DNA of 64,000 nucleotides. It comes from the human T2T-CHM13v2.0 reference genome, Homo sapiens. This document shows positions 1 through 13,945 of this stretch, piece after piece. Where the stretch lies: assembly GCF_009914755.1 (NCBI RefSeq), contig NC_060942.1; one strand, written 5' to 3'. Position 1 is the stretch's first letter. The number at the start of each line of letters is the position of its first letter. The notes beneath the pieces were generated by a model, which worked only from the letters and a program-made list of their open reading frames with translations, was not told where the DNA came from and ran no database searches. A program made the position numbers and the translations under genes.

Positions 1-201
1 GGTATACCAGAAAACAAGAAAACTAAAAGGTACTGCTAGCACCATGTCAACAGGATAATGGATTCAACTTAAAGTGGCTGTCATTGGCCAAAGATGAGTT
101 ACATAGAACATCAAGATACTAATAATTAGCATAATGTAATAGATTGGAAAACCTAAAATACGTGAAAAATCATGAGTTTAGGTTTTCATTGATTATTTTT
201 G

Positions 202-672
202 TGTACTATCCAGGGTTCTCCAAAAAATAAAACCTATAGAAGGTATAGAGAAAAATATTTATTATAAGGAATTGGCTCATGCAATTTATAGAGGCTGACA
301 AGTCCCAAGATCTGTAGGAGAAGTCATCAAACATGAGACCCAGGAGAGCCAATACTTTAGTTCCAGTCCAAGTCCAAAAGCCTGAGAAACAGTTTCAGTT
401 CAAGTTCAAAGATAGGGAAAAGCTAATATCCAGCTCAATGCAGGGAGGAAGAGTTCCCTCTCACTTGAAGGAGGGTTGACCTTTTTGTTTTATTCAGACC
501 TTCAACTAGTTGGATGAGGCCAACCCACATTGATAAGGGCAATCTGAGTCAACTGACTCAAATGTTAATCTCATCCAAAAACCCCTTCACAGACACACCC
601 AGAATAATATTTGACCAAATGTCTGGGCACCCTGTAGCTCAGTCAAGTTGACACATAAAATTCACCATCACA
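202..672 (-). mobile_element. MLT2 (MLT2C/D-like) ERVL solo LTR
   Basis: Begins TGTACTATCCAGGGTTCTCC and ends ...GTCAAGTTGACACATAAAATTCACCATCACA, the reverse complement of the MLT2 start TGTGATGGTTAATTTTATGTGTCAACTTGAC. Sits inside an old L1M 3' fragment. Confidence 0.85.
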
Positions 673-882
673 TTTAGGAACAAACTCATTATTCTAAAAA
701 TTACTAAATAAGGGAAAAAATCAGGCATTTATCCTGTCTTTCTAGTACAAAATGTGCCTATGGATATCCATAGCTGATGACACAAACATCTATATAAAAT
801 AATTCCAGTATCAAATGCAGTATACATTATAGAATTAGAGTATCTTGGTTTTGCAACTTCTTGTAAAATAATGGATCTAGAC

Positions 883-1205
883 CAGGGGTAAGCAAACTAT
901 AATGTTTGGCCAAATTTGGTTTCCTCCTGTTTTTGTATGGTTCAGGAACTAAGAATGGTTTTCACATTTTAAAACGGTTGGGGAAAAGAGTCCCAAACAA
1001 TAACATTACTTGATATATGAAAAATATATGAAATTTAAACTTTAGTGTCTTTAAGTAAAGTTTATTGGGACACAGCCAGGCTCATTAGTTTGCATGTTGT
1101 CTATGGCTGCCTTTACAATACAACTGAAAAGTTGAATCCATATGGCTTTCAAAGCTTAAAATATTTCCTGTCTGGTCCTTTGAGGAAAGTGTTTGCTCAA
1201 CCTCA
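883..1205 (+). mobile_element. MER58B (hAT-Charlie MITE)
   Basis: CAGGGGTAAGCAAACT...GTTTGCTCAACCTCA termini, internal match to MER58B, and an 8-bp TSD atctagac/atctagaa typical of hAT elements. Confidence 0.85.
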
Positions 1206-1304
1206 ATCTAGAAAATAATCATCAGTGGCTGAAAAAAAAAAAAAAACCCCAGTTAGGTGAAATACTGATGGGGAACTTTATAGGGGAGGAATGAGGCAGA
1301 ACGC

Positions 1305-1915
1305 AGTGAGCAATCACTGGAGAACCATGACTAGCCCAGGTGAACTAGGATGACTGTATTTCAGACAAGGGTAGAAAACAAAAAAATGGAGCTGGGCCCC
1401 AAAGAGTTAAAGAAACTAATGACTAACAGAAATTCCTCGGTTTGCAAAATGGCAGATAAGAAAAGAAACAACTTGCCTAAGCACTGAAACTCCCTCTGCT
1501 TGTAAGATAACAAAACTGGCTGAAGTCAGTTCGAACCAATACCGCCAGCTAGAGATTGCACAGAATGAGCTTGCTGATGTTACAGCCTAAATTTCCACTG
1601 TATGTTTTATGCTAACTGCCCTGAATTTGCACAAGGGATCCATGAAGAAGCATGAACAGATAAATGCATATGCCTGAGGACTTTCCAAACCTTTCCTTTC
1701 CTTCCATCAATCACCTACTAATCTCAGAATCCACCCCTTTAATCTTTTCTAATAAAATTACTGTCTTAAAGCCAGCACAGGAAGATAGATTTGAGCTGGA
1801 TTCCTGTCTCTTTGTTAGTCAACTTGTTATAAAAAACTTTTCCTTTCTCAAAAAACTAGTGCCATAATATTGGCTTCTAGTGCATTGAGCAGTGAGCCCC
1901 TTTTGCTTGGTAACT
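1305..1915 (+). mobile_element. MER34/MER39-family ERV1 solo LTR
   Basis: 3' end ...TTCTCAAAAAACTAGTGCCATAATATTGGCTTCTAGTGCATTGAGCAGTGAGCCCCTTTTGCTTGGTAAC resembles MER34/39 LTR ends. The 5' boundary is approximate. Confidence 0.65.
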
Positions 1916-2865
1916 AACAGAAATAGCAGGTTGATGACTGTGGAGAGAAAATTAACTGTCTAGGGCCCACAGTGTGAGTTTGCAATGACGGTGAAACATC
2001 CACATGAATTTGGTGGTAGATAACTGAAAGCACTGGTCTAGGGATAATGGGTCAGCTCTAAAGAGAGTCTTCTATGAATAATGGAGTGGAAGTCATGGGA
2101 ATTGATACAACTCAAGAAGAGCAAACAGATGGAGAGTAAAATCCTGGATGACACTTCATTTACAGCTGGATGGAGGAAGGAGAGCAGAGTTAAGAAACTG
2201 ACCACAGGGTCCATGCTGAACTCGAAATGAAGTGAAGCCAAAGTGACCTAAAAATTAGAACAAGAAAGGGAAAAAAGAATGACTTGGAAATCTAGATATT
2301 TTTATGTGTTTTGAATATCACATTCGTTATAGAAAGAGTGAGAAAGGTGAAAGGATTGGAATTTGTGATTGTAAAATGAGTTCTTGAAGTCTAAGATTTA
2401 GGAGGTAAAGCAGTTCTAATTGGTCATGAAGTTCAGAGCGTGAGCTATTGGGTAAGTTGTGAAAGTGGATTCGAGGTGTGAGCCACCAGGGTAGAAGATG
2501 AGGTCAAAGATGTGAGGTTACGGTTTGGAAAGCTCATCCACATGAATATTGAAATCACTCAAGGCAAAGGTAAGCATAGCTGGTTGAGACAGGAAAAACA
2601 TGAGCTTCTTTCTCCAGCTCCTCATCCAGGGGGATCACTAAACCCCCTTCCCTTTTTGATGGTCTGGCCTCACTGACCAGTGCTGACCAACAGCCTCTGC
2701 AGGCTTCTGCATCTCAGACTCACAGGCATGTTCTCATCTGCTACCTCAGAGCAGAAACTCCACTTCTCCCCCTGTCAGAATTTTTTCAGTCGTATTTCAG
2801 TATTTCAAGACTAAAGGGGATATATTTGGTCACATAAACCATATACTGGCTTTCTCAGTGGCTTG

Positions 2866-3646
2866 TGTGGCAGACACAGTGATGCCCCTCTCAGGTCACC
2901 CCTTGAGAAAGGACTAGCTGCCCAGCACTCAGAGCATGATTAGTTACCTTCCAGCTGGTAGCTCCGGCATGATCAGCATCAACTTCTGAGCCACGATCAT
3001 GTTTCTCTCCATGCAACCCCCAGCCAAAGACTGAGCAAGGCATTTGGAGCAGAGGCTGTCTTTCGGGATCAGACCACAGTCAGTGACTGACCAAATCTTT
3101 GGTACAAGGATCTAATTGTTTCCATGCAACAGGAAACTCCTCTAGTGAGACGTTTTTTTCTCCAGAGCTCCCCGTGGGCTGGCAAACTTTGTCAGGTCTG
3201 CCTTGTGGTCCAAAAGCTCTCCCAGCCCAATCTGGTTTCTTCCCGTTTCTTTTCTTTTCTTTTTCTTTTTTTTTAAGACACAGTCTCACTATGTCACCCA
3301 GTCTGGAGTGCAGTGATGTGATCTTGGCTCACTGCAACCTCCGCCTCCCGGGTTCAAGCGATTCTCCTGCCTCAGCCTCCTGAGTAGCTGGGATTACAGG
3401 TGCACAACCGCACCCAGCTAATTTTTGTATTTTTAGTAAAGACGGGGTTTTGCTGTGCTGGCCAGGATGTTCTCAAACTCCTAATCTCAAGTGATCCACC
3501 CATCTCCTCCTCCCAAAGTGCTGGGGTTACAGGCATAAGCCACCATGCTTGGCCACCTTTTTCTTTCACTAGTGTTACTCCTCAGCAAACCTTCTGTCTT
3601 CCTAACTCTGGCTCAGCATCTGCATCCTAGGAAACCCATCCAGAGA
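2866..3646 (+). mobile_element. LTR33-like ERVL solo LTR (contains an Alu)
   Basis: TGTGGCAG start, LTR33/LTR16-type 3' end (CCTAACTCTGGCTCAGCATCTGCATCCTAGGAAACCCA) and a perfect 5-bp TSD GCTTG/GCTTG. Confidence 0.7.
3248..3554 (-). mobile_element. Alu (S/J-type)
   Basis: Antisense Alu dimer with a T-rich tail, ending ...CATGCTTGGCC. Confidence 0.95.
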
Positions 3647-3755
3647 GCTTGATGCTGGAGAGCCAAGAACACGACCAGGATCTGATTCCTGTCTTTCCAC
3701 CTCCTGGCTGCAAAGTCCTCAGTATTGACACCGTGCTTAGAATCTATGTGGTAGT

Positions 3756-4063
<308 letters not shown>

Positions 4064-5061
4064 CTATGTGGTAGTGAGACAGCTGTAGCTCTTCACATAC
4101 TTTCTGGTTTGAGTCTAGTAGAAGAGAAAAACTCTCTTCCTGAAACCTCAAAAATGTCTCATTGTTTGTTTGCTATTTTCATTCATAAACCAAACATTGT
4201 GACCAGGGGAATAACAAAGGCTAACTGATTTAGGCCAACAAGGGCCCATCCGTGGAACTAAGTGTGTGATCCACCTGCATGTGCTGAGAATGAGACTTCT
4301 CCAAACAAAAACAAAAATGGGACTCTTCAGAGTGGCTTTCTTCTCTATCTGTTAGCCCTCTGGCTCCTACCTCTGCAACTGGGACCTTGAAAATAGCTAG
4401 CATTCCTCCTGAATGGTACAATTCTGCCCCAGAACCTCAGCGAAAAAGCTGAAGATTCTGCTTCTGCAAGAAAAGATACCTTTTGCCAACTGCCTGCCTC
4501 ACCAGGAATCCATTCCACAAGCCTTCCACTGAGTTCTGCCACACCTTGAAGAGCACTTGTCTTCTGCAAGATCACTGTTATCCCCTGCAGCATTTGCCTC
4601 AATCTCTTCGAATTACTAATGGAACAAATCCACATACATTTGGGGGTCTCATTTGGTCTGCTCTGAGGCTGACCCTTGTAAGCCTCAGACACCTTGATTT
4701 GAGTCCCCACCAATGTCTTTGTCAGTTTCCACAGTGTGTGTGGGAAAGTCAAATTAGACCTGAACCCAGAACCCCTCCTCTCTGGCTTTCAGTAATGCTG
4801 AAGTAAATCACATCATTTATCATTTCCCTGATATTAAAAGTAATCAATGAAAATATACAAATTTGTTAATTTCAACTAATTCAAATTGAGCTTCAGGACT
4901 TCTACCCTTTAAAAGAAACACTGACTCTTGGCCAAAAATGCAGAGGTTTTTTGGTGGCTTTAAGGGCATTTCCCCCAACATTGGATATGTAATCTTATTG
5001 TTGCAGTAATAACCAGAGTTCTACAAGCAAACTTAGGTCCAAGAGAAAAATATAGACCACA

Positions 5062-5342
5062 GGCCGGGCGCAGTGGCTCAAGTTTATAACTTCAGCACTT
5101 TAGGGAGCCAAGGCAGGTGGATGGCTTTAGCCCAGAAGTTCGAGACCAGCCTGGGCAACATGGTGAAACCCTGTCTACAACAAATAGAAAAGTTAGCTGG
5201 GTGTGGTGGTGCGTGCCTGTAGTTGCAGCTACTCAGGAGGCTGAGGTGGGAGGATTGCCTGAGCCCAGCAGGTTAAGGTTGCAGTGAGCCCTGATGGTGC
5301 CACTCAGCCTGGGCAACAGAGTGAGACTCTATCTCAAAAAAA
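5062..5342 (+). mobile_element. AluJ
   Basis: GGCCGGGCGCAGTGG start and J-type diagnostics (GGGCAACATGG, GTGGGAGGATTGC). The tail has converted to (GA)n. Confidence 0.93.
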
Positions 5343-6684
5343 GAGAGAGAGACAGACAGAGAGAGAAATGTACACCCTTAGAACCTAATCAAAGTATAGA
5401 ACTTAGTTGTATTGCTTAATATGACATAATCAGTCCCACTTAACTTAGTCAGAATATACTGATAGTGAATTAGTTATTTATGCCCAGTTTTTACTTAACA
5501 AATGGTTTTATGAAAAAAAAAAAAAGAAACAAAAGCTCAACTCTTAATGCACACCACAGTACTCAGGCCTGTTCAGAAAGGGACAGATAATGAAAAACAG
5601 AACATTAAACAGAACCATAGTGTTTTTTCTTTACCACTTCATTTGGTGAGAGAGAATGTACTTGCTTAATGCAATTTGCTGGAGGACAGAAGATACAATA
5701 CACTTCCTTAGAATGTTTTTGCCTTCCCTCTTGCTGCCTTTCTGCCTTTTGTTTGCTTGCTTACCAGCTCCTGTGGCTGGCTGCTAGACAACCAAATGAG
5801 AGCATCAGGCAGGGAATGGTTGTGTTGGCATTAAATCACCTGAAAAAATGTGGTAGATCATGTGATATGAAATGTATACATATATATATTGAACTTGGAA
5901 AAACATTATTTTTACTCTGATTTTATTTCTTGAAATCTGATTTTGAAATCAATTTCTGGGCCATTACTTTAAAATGAATTTTCCAAATACAAAAGGCAGA
6001 TTGTTTCATTCAAAAGTAGGCAATGCAAGAAAGTGTTAAAGAATAATTTCTTACGACCATGGCTAAATGAAGTTTTAAACAAGACTTATGCAATTCTTAA
6101 ACTTCAGCCGGCTCCCCTACGTATTATTCTTGTTTCATCTTGCTCCCTCACACATCTCTCTCTATAGGGTTTGTTTATAGCTAAATAGCTATTCCACAGT
6201 CTCAAGCTCCTTAGACATTTCTGCTATTGCTTTGTAAAATCACCCTTTGCTCCAAAGGAACCATGCATTTGTTATGGGGACCCTAAAGAGTCTACAGTTG
6301 GCAAGTGGCAGCAGATCCCAGCTGCTGACACTTCCAAACTATAATTGTCATCATAGCATTACTTCAGCTTCTCACATCTAAATGCATTTCTAATTCCCTC
6401 TCTTTGTCTCTCATCCCACCTCCCTTTCTCCCAAAGGATTGCCTTCCTCTAATAGCAGTCTTGGAATTATCATCTGCTATTCTCTCGTGACATGCACAGA
6501 ATACACAAAATTTATAATTTATGAATGGAAACATCTCCAAAGACTGAATGGAACACCAAGGGTAATCCAGGTTTCACATCTGTAAAGCGGGTTAGAAAAT
6601 CTCATCCCCTTCTGTTCCTCTGGTTGGTGTGAGTGCAGCAGCCAGCCCTGCCACTCTACCAAGTGACAACTGACTTTACTGATC

Positions 6685-6990
6685 ATTTGAGTTTACTGCC
6701 AAGGCAGGAAAATCCAGTCAAAGCTTTCAAAAGGTCTGAGCATCCACGAAGGATTTTTGGAGGAGCAAGGGTATTTATTATATGACCTCACCTGTCTTTA
6801 AAGTGATTGACAGTCCATAAAATTGAGTTGTCTCCACAAGCTCATTCATAATCCATGCCACATCTTTTGGTACCGTCAGATAAAGTTGTCAGCACATAGT
6901 AATTCACAAGTGGCTGTCTCAAATTCTTTGTTGGAGAATATATAAAGCACCTTCCCCCCAAATATCTCAAGGAATTGCTTAGAGGATCTG
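6685..6990 (-). mobile_element. Ancient RTE-clade LINE (L4/MamRTE1-like) reverse-transcriptase relic
   Basis: Frameshifted minus-strand translation gives ELLCADN...PKDVAWIMNELVETTQFYGLSITLKT...PPKI...LLKALTGFSCLGSKL. This is colinear with RTE RT motifs (ELLFADD...FGLTISLKKTEV...LKAVDKFTYLGSTL). Confidence 0.75.
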
Positions 6991-7841
6991 AAGTATATCC
7001 TACCATTAGTATTTAAGTCAAATGTTACCTCTTCATTTGCAGGAGGACATAATATACACTGGTGGAAATTTTAAGCTCATTTAACAGCCATGATTCACAT
7101 TATTAATGATGCAAATTGATCATATTACAAACCATAAATACAAAATTCCCTTCCATGCTATTCTTAGACAATCTCTAGGTGCAGATTTTTTTTAAAAAAG
7201 TAAACTGAGACAAGCAAGATTTTTTTTTTACCAGTCCCAGTTCATAAAAATTAGTAATGAAATTAGAAAGATAATTGTGAGGTTGGGATTCAGCTAATAA
7301 TTAGGAATTCTTAAGGACTGACTCATTCTTCGAAAGTTAAATGGTTTAATAGTCCATCAATAGTCCAACTATTGTCCATCCATATTTTATCTATTAATTG
7401 TCAATGGTAAATTAAAACAATAATTAGAAGCATTCCCAAGGACTTAAAAGTGACAGAAATTTGATTGCAGCAAAGCTGGTAAACACACACACAATTAGAG
7501 GAATGCACTTCAAGACAGCTCCTCTGAGAGTAATCCAGATATTGGATAATTGGATAACCAGAGGATTTGCAAATACCTAACACGCAATCCAAACAGACTG
7601 GATGAAATAGCATAGCGAATGGATTAGAACATGTTTAAAAGTAAATAAACAGAAACAACCCATACTGTTGTAATTTACGTGGAGGAAGACTCTAAAAACA
7701 AAATCGCAATGGTGAGCTTGGAACCTAGAAATGGGAAGTGGAAGAAATGAGACCTTGGCAATATTTATCTGGCACTGCCCTGGGAGAAGAAGACTAAATC
7801 CAGGAAAATCAAATTTCCCTAGCGAGACAACATGGCTTTTC

Positions 7842-7957
7842 AAGAATGTCAGCTTTGGACTCCCACCACCCCAGTTTGAATCCAGCCCCCGAGACTTGCC
7901 AGTCTCATAACTTTAGGAGATTAACTTACACTCTGGCTCCTCCGCTTTCTCACCTGC
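7842..7957 (+). mobile_element. MIR fragment
   Basis: GCTTTGGAC...GTTTGAATCCAGC...TTAAC...CTTTCTCACCTG matches the MIR core. Confidence 0.6.
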
Positions 7958-9573
7958 TTAGTGTTCAGCAGACTTTCTTTTGGCAGCAGTGAGACATTAC
8001 TTTGCAAATTAGTGGGTCTGCATCTTCCTATTTGTCAGTGATTTATCGGTTACTTCAATTGTCTTAGCTTTGGCTCTTCTTGGCTGTGTTCACCATGGCC
8101 TACACTCAGAGACTTTTCAGCCGTATGCTATTTGGGGACTTTTCAGGGGTTATGATTACTGGGAAGCTAATAGCAGTATTCCTCAGACATTCCTTTTTAC
8201 ATATAACAGTAAGTATTAATTAACTGCCTGAGTTTACAAGGACTAAAATATGATCCTTATTTTACTAGGGACTTGCAACCTAATTTACAAACAACTGTCA
8301 TAGTTGTTTCAACCCCAAAGTGTTTGTGGTGGGAAGTGCAGTTAAAAGAGTTAAACTAAGTGAACAAGAGCCACCATAGAAGTTGGCTGTCACCCACCTA
8401 GTATGGAAGAGTGAGAAAAGAGTCTAAGTCCATATATTATAGTTCAAAGAGTGTTAGGAAATATCAACTCAAAAAGAAAAAAAAAAACTAACAAAAGTGA
8501 AAAACTGTTACAGGGTAAAATGAATAAAGGAACAATACCAACGTTTCAAAACGACTAAGTCTTTAAAAATCAAGTGGATCATCAGAGCTGGAATATGGCA
8601 ACCTAAAGAAAATTCACAGAGCCTAGGAACTGGACAACAGTCCCCTAGGAAGAGGCCAGCATGATCCAGGTGCCCAGGTCAAGTTCCCCGGTCTGGAGAC
8701 TAAGATACAGAGCCAGATTCCAAGCTTCAAGGGAGCTATTTACAGGTGAGATTTAGTAACAAGGTCACTTGAACATACCAGGTACAACAATTCCAAGGTG
8801 ACCCCAAGAACCATCAGCCCCATGATGGGTGGTTAGCTGACTATTACCCAGGAAAACTTGAGTCTGGAAAGAAATGGTATTCATGCATCCACAAGTCATT
8901 AATGCATGCATTCAGTCATTCATTGACACTCAAACTCTCTATTGAGAATCTGCTAATAGAGAAGAATTTGTTCTCCCTCACTCCTGGTTCTCATGAGGAG
9001 GGATTTTCCCAAAGCACATTCCTAAATTCCCTCTAATTTCCTTTGCTCACTCCATCCCTGGGAGGTGGAGGGACTTAGCTAATTAATTAACTTGGGAAGA
9101 ATAAACAGCCATGCTTTGCTCCACTCTGCCTATTTTTCTTTCAGGAATGAGATTAGCAGGCCTATCTGCTTCTCACCCTTCACTATGACCTACAATTTAG
9201 CCTCTGGTAATACTAAAATTTTCTTACACTTCACTTTATGTCTCAATTTGTTTAGAATTCTTGGAGGGAAGAGATGTACTTAATATGTACAAAATGTTGC
9301 AAACACTGCTCTGGGCACTGAATACATATTTATCCACTTCACAGTTCTGCATGGAGTTTAGAGTGCAATGAGTTTGAGCTGCATTCTGAAATTGGAACAA
9401 GTAAAGAGATAAGCATTCTACAAAAAACAAGGCTGTGGGCAGTCTCAAAGTTGGCAGTGCTCATTATGCAAATAGGAATTGATCAATAAGGCTCACTGCA
9501 GAAGCAAGAGAATCCTTCTCCCTACCTTCAGCTCTCCTTTCCTGGAGTGGATTAGGAGATTAAAGAACCTCTG

Positions 9574-9930
<357 letters not shown>

Positions 9931-10714
9931 TTATTTTGGATACTCTCAATAATGGCCACAACACCAAATTTGAACCTCAGGGGTAAATAAAGTATCCCAA
10001 TTCTCTAGAATCCCCACCCTTCTCTACTCTTCATGGACCGACCTAATGGCCCAGAATATCTTGAGATTCATTTCTATAAACAGAATTCTCTTTTTCTATA
10101 GAGAATGTTATTAAATGGTTTGCCCATGGCCTTAGCTATTTAAAAATTATCTATGCTCAAAATATATTTCTCCTTGAGGCGAAGAAGACACCACCCCATC
10201 ACAATCTAGCTAACTTTATTACACTGTCTTATAAAATGCATTGTCCAGAAGTTCTAAAATCCCTACTTCTCCTCACCTTATGAAGGAAAAACATATAGGG
10301 AATATTTCTGGGAAGAAGATTTGTTACTTTTAAATTACAAGTATTTCTGAGAACCAGTGCTGTAGGTTTAAAAACCACAAGTTCCCTGCAAAAATCCAAA
10401 CAATTATCCTCAAAAATGTATCTGTTAGTACTGCATTACAAAAAAATCATCACTGTAAAATCTCTTATATCCCTCGCACAGTGCAAGGTGGGAGCTTGAT
10501 AGGAATTAAACAATTTAAGACACTTTACAAATGAAGTCTTTATATGTGGTATTTGGTTCGAATGATCCTCAGAAATCTTTTTTTCAATATGTGACTGAAA
10601 GCATATGTTGTATTTAATTATATAAAATATAATTATGGTATTGTAGGTAGAGAAGACTGATTATAAGACAGTAAGATTTCATTTTTCTTTATACATATTG
10701 TTTAAACATATTTT

Positions 10715-10860
10715 TTAAAAAACAGTCTGGAGGTCCTACATACTAAACTGGTAATGGTTGTTATCTCTGAATAACAGGATTGCAGGATTTGTTTTCCTTT
10801 TTTTCTTTGTGCTTTTTGGTATTTTCTAAATGTTCTAAAATGAGCATGTATAAGAATAGA
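10715..10860 (+). mobile_element. L1ME-type 3' end fragment
   Basis: GGTTGTTATCTCTG...ATTTTCTAAATGTTCTAAAATGAGCATGTA matches the old L1ME 3' terminus. Confidence 0.6.
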
Positions 10861-11287
10861 CCATTATTTTTAAAGATATATGTGAAAAGTGTGCTTAACC
10901 CTTCTTATTTTTTTCTGCTTCTATCTGGTCTCTCGGAGTACTCACCTGCTAACTGCCACATTGCCAGTTCCCACTCAAACCATCCCCACTGCAAAGACTC
11001 CGTAGAGATGATGAACACCAATGCTAATTACCTGTGGATAAATTTTGAAAATTCAGATTATCCTAAAGACATCCACACATACAACATGAGCAGATTTTTT
11101 GCATTTTTCTGAGCTTATAGAATCCCTTCTGAGTCCGATAATCAAAGATATTCTCAAACATTTCACTTAAAAGTTGCAACTATAAGAAGTAAATATGTTT
11201 AAACTTCTAATGATTTGGGCTGAAAATACACATTGGTACATTGGTAAACAAAGAGCTAGATATAGTCATTAAAAACGAAAGAAACCA

Positions 11288-11589
11288 GTCTGGTGTGGTG
11301 TCCCACGCCTGTAATCCCAGCATTTTGGGAAGACCAAGAATGGCAGATCACCTGAGGTCAGGAGTTCGAGACCAGCCTGGCCAACATGGTGAAACCCCAT
11401 CTCTACTAAAAATACAAAATTTAGCCAGGTGTGGTGGTGGGTGCCTGTAATCCCAACTACTTGGGATGCTAAGGCAGGAGAATCCCTTGAACCCGGGAGG
11501 CGGATGTTGCAGTGGCTGAGATCGTGCCACTGCACTTCAGCCCAGGCAACAAAAGTGAAACTCTGTCTCAAAAAAAAAAAAAAAAAAAA
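11288..11589 (+). mobile_element. AluSq/Sp-like
   Basis: Full dimer with the GGCAACAAAAGTGAAACTC diagnostic, poly(A), and an imperfect TSD GAAA(G/T)AAACCA. Confidence 0.95.
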
Positions 11590-11989
11590 GAAATAAACCA
11601 AAGACCTGGTTCATTACTACCAAACGAAGACCTTGTTTATTACTACTAAATTGTGCTCTGCATATATGCACATTAACTCAATGAGGGGAAATAAATGCAA
11701 TTTCTGTACAAAGCCTCCCATGGTAGATCAAGAGTCACCAACTAAAAGATGCATAGAACTATTCCCATATTTAAACTTATATTTCCACTGTTTTATGAAA
11801 AAAAAGCCTGACTTGCAATATAGCTTTCTTTTATAAAATGTCTATTACTTATTTAGTTGAAATTTTCAAGTGCAAATATCACAATGGCCTTGGGTGTTAT
11901 ATTGGTGCAGGTAACCTCTTTTGCTTTATGTCTCTTTATGATCTTTTATGAATATTGATATTAACGGATCAAAACTGCAGGTTCATGAA

Positions 11990-12140
11990 TTCAGAACTGT
12001 GAACTTCTGCTTTCTATTATCTGCCAGCCACCAGCTACCTTACTGGCTAGTCACTTTACCTCTAGAACTGCTCCTACCATTGTAAATGAGTAGGCTGCAC
12101 TGGATTATGCTTACATTTTCTTCCAGCTCTAGATTTCTCA
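11990..12140 (+). mobile_element. MIR3/MIRc fragment
   Basis: 3' motif ...TTCTTCCAGCTCTAGATTTCT and core remnants. Confidence 0.5.
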
Positions 12141-13623
12141 AAATCAAAGAAATATCTTCACTCTATCTTTAGTTCCTTCATTTTATAACTCTAAAGGGGA
12201 AAACGATCTTTCAGCTTTCTAAGTACATCTAAATGCATTACCTCACTTGCCCCCTCACCACACTCCTGCAAGGTAAAACATCTCTTCTGAAGTATCTCTC
12301 TGCAGGTGTAATAGACAGAACACAGAAGACTGGCCAGGTATTGGGCTATGTACCGTGCATTCAAGAACTAGTCAGCTGAAGTTCTTGGACTCATCTAGCT
12401 AGGCATTTGCAGTCTGGTAACAACCTTATGATTTCTACCTAAGTGGCACAAATATGTGTAGCTTAGCACAGCACAGCTCACCTTGTTTGACCTGCTCCTT
12501 TAAAATAACCTGGTCCAAATGCCTCCCTTTATAGATGAGAATCTAAAGGTCTCTCCCAAAAACACAGTTCAAAAGCATTGTCTCTTTCTATCTGAGTGTC
12601 TTTCTTCCTCAATCAACTGTGCCCTTCCAGAATGAATAATTTCCTCCAGGGGCCAGGGAAACAGAGGAAGTAAATTCCACTGAATCCCTCTGTAAATGGT
12701 GTGTAGTTTTTCTGGTTGTCAGGTCTTTCCTTTTAAAGGTCACTCTTCCTTGGTAAGAAATTTTCTGATGCAATTGTTGGAAGTAAACTGAGTTGTTCAC
12801 AGAATGCAGAAGATATGTGATGTGCATGGATGCTTTTCTCTGTAGTCTTTTTCATTTTTTGATATCTTATATACATTGTAAAACTTAGAAATATGAAAAG
12901 TATGACAAATAAATAAAACTTATGAAAAATTATAAATAATACTTTTTAAGTCAACATTTTATCACATAAGATATGCTTGTCCTGTGGATAACTCTGCAGT
13001 TTCTTATCTTACAAAGGTCATACTCAATGTTTTTAACCTAAATACCAACACTCTTATCCTTGCTCTCATCTTTCTTGTATTCCTCACAGACAGTGAGGGA
13101 ACTTCTTGCCCAGAAGGAACCTGAATAGAAGGTGACCAACCCAGTAGAATACACCACAGCTCAGGAGAAATGAGCAGATAACAATAATAACTAAAACTGT
13201 GGAGCATTTACTTAATGCCAGGAAACTGCTCTAAGTGTTTGATTGTATTAATTCATTTACCCTCCAAAAAACCTCAGAAGATGGGGAATGGGTCCTAAAA
13301 AGTACAGGACGCTGGACACAGTCAATGGAGACAGAGACAAGGGACAAGTTCTGGATGAGCTGGAAGGTGACAGTACACAGTGAAGGCAAGGAAGCAAGGC
13401 AGAAGAGAGGCGAATGTATTCCTTTTCCCCATGTGCTCACGTCCCCCATACGTACCCACCAAGGACACAGCTGAGTAACTGATACCTAGTACATGCCCAA
13501 TAGTATGTGAGTTGAATGAAAAACAGTGCAAAGGACCCTTTATAACCCACTGGTCAAAGAAACTAAAGTTGGGTATGACTTTCAAGGTCACCTGGAACAG
13601 CCATCCATCCATCCACCACATGG

Positions 13624-13815
13624 AGGCACTAGCGAGCATCGACACTAGTCTAGTTGCTTTCGAAGTCCATATCCATTATTACCTAGTGAGGAAATTATTA
13701 TTGTTTCTGTTTTACAGACAGGCACTAGCAAGCATCGACACTAGTCTAGTTGCTTTCGAAGTCCATATCCATTATTACCTAGTGAGGAAATTATTATTGT
13801 TTCTGTTTTACAGAT
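13624..13815. repeat. 96-bp tandem duplication (2 copies)
   Basis: Copies 13624-13719 and 13720-13815 differ at only 2 positions. Confidence 0.97.
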
Positions 13816-13945
13816 GAGAGAACTGAGACTTGACAGGATTAAATAAATTAACCCTTGTAAGTTTACATACTTAATAGGTAGACCTATCTGGATTCAAAGC
13901 CAGATACTCTAACTGCAAGACCAACACCCTTTCCACTAAACCAAA
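13780..13945 (-). mobile_element. MIR
   Basis: TTTTACAGATGAGAGAACTGAGAC...GGATTCAAAGCCAG is the antisense MIR core. Confidence 0.75.

Noticed and set aside
4345-4806. Overlapping 135-aa and 107-aa ORFs on opposite strands
   Set aside because: Non-ATG starts, no recognisable protein features and no convincing splice signals. The lengths are compatible with chance.
13624-13815. CRISPR-like or repeat-spacer array
   Set aside because: Only two adjacent copies with no spacers, in a eukaryotic context.
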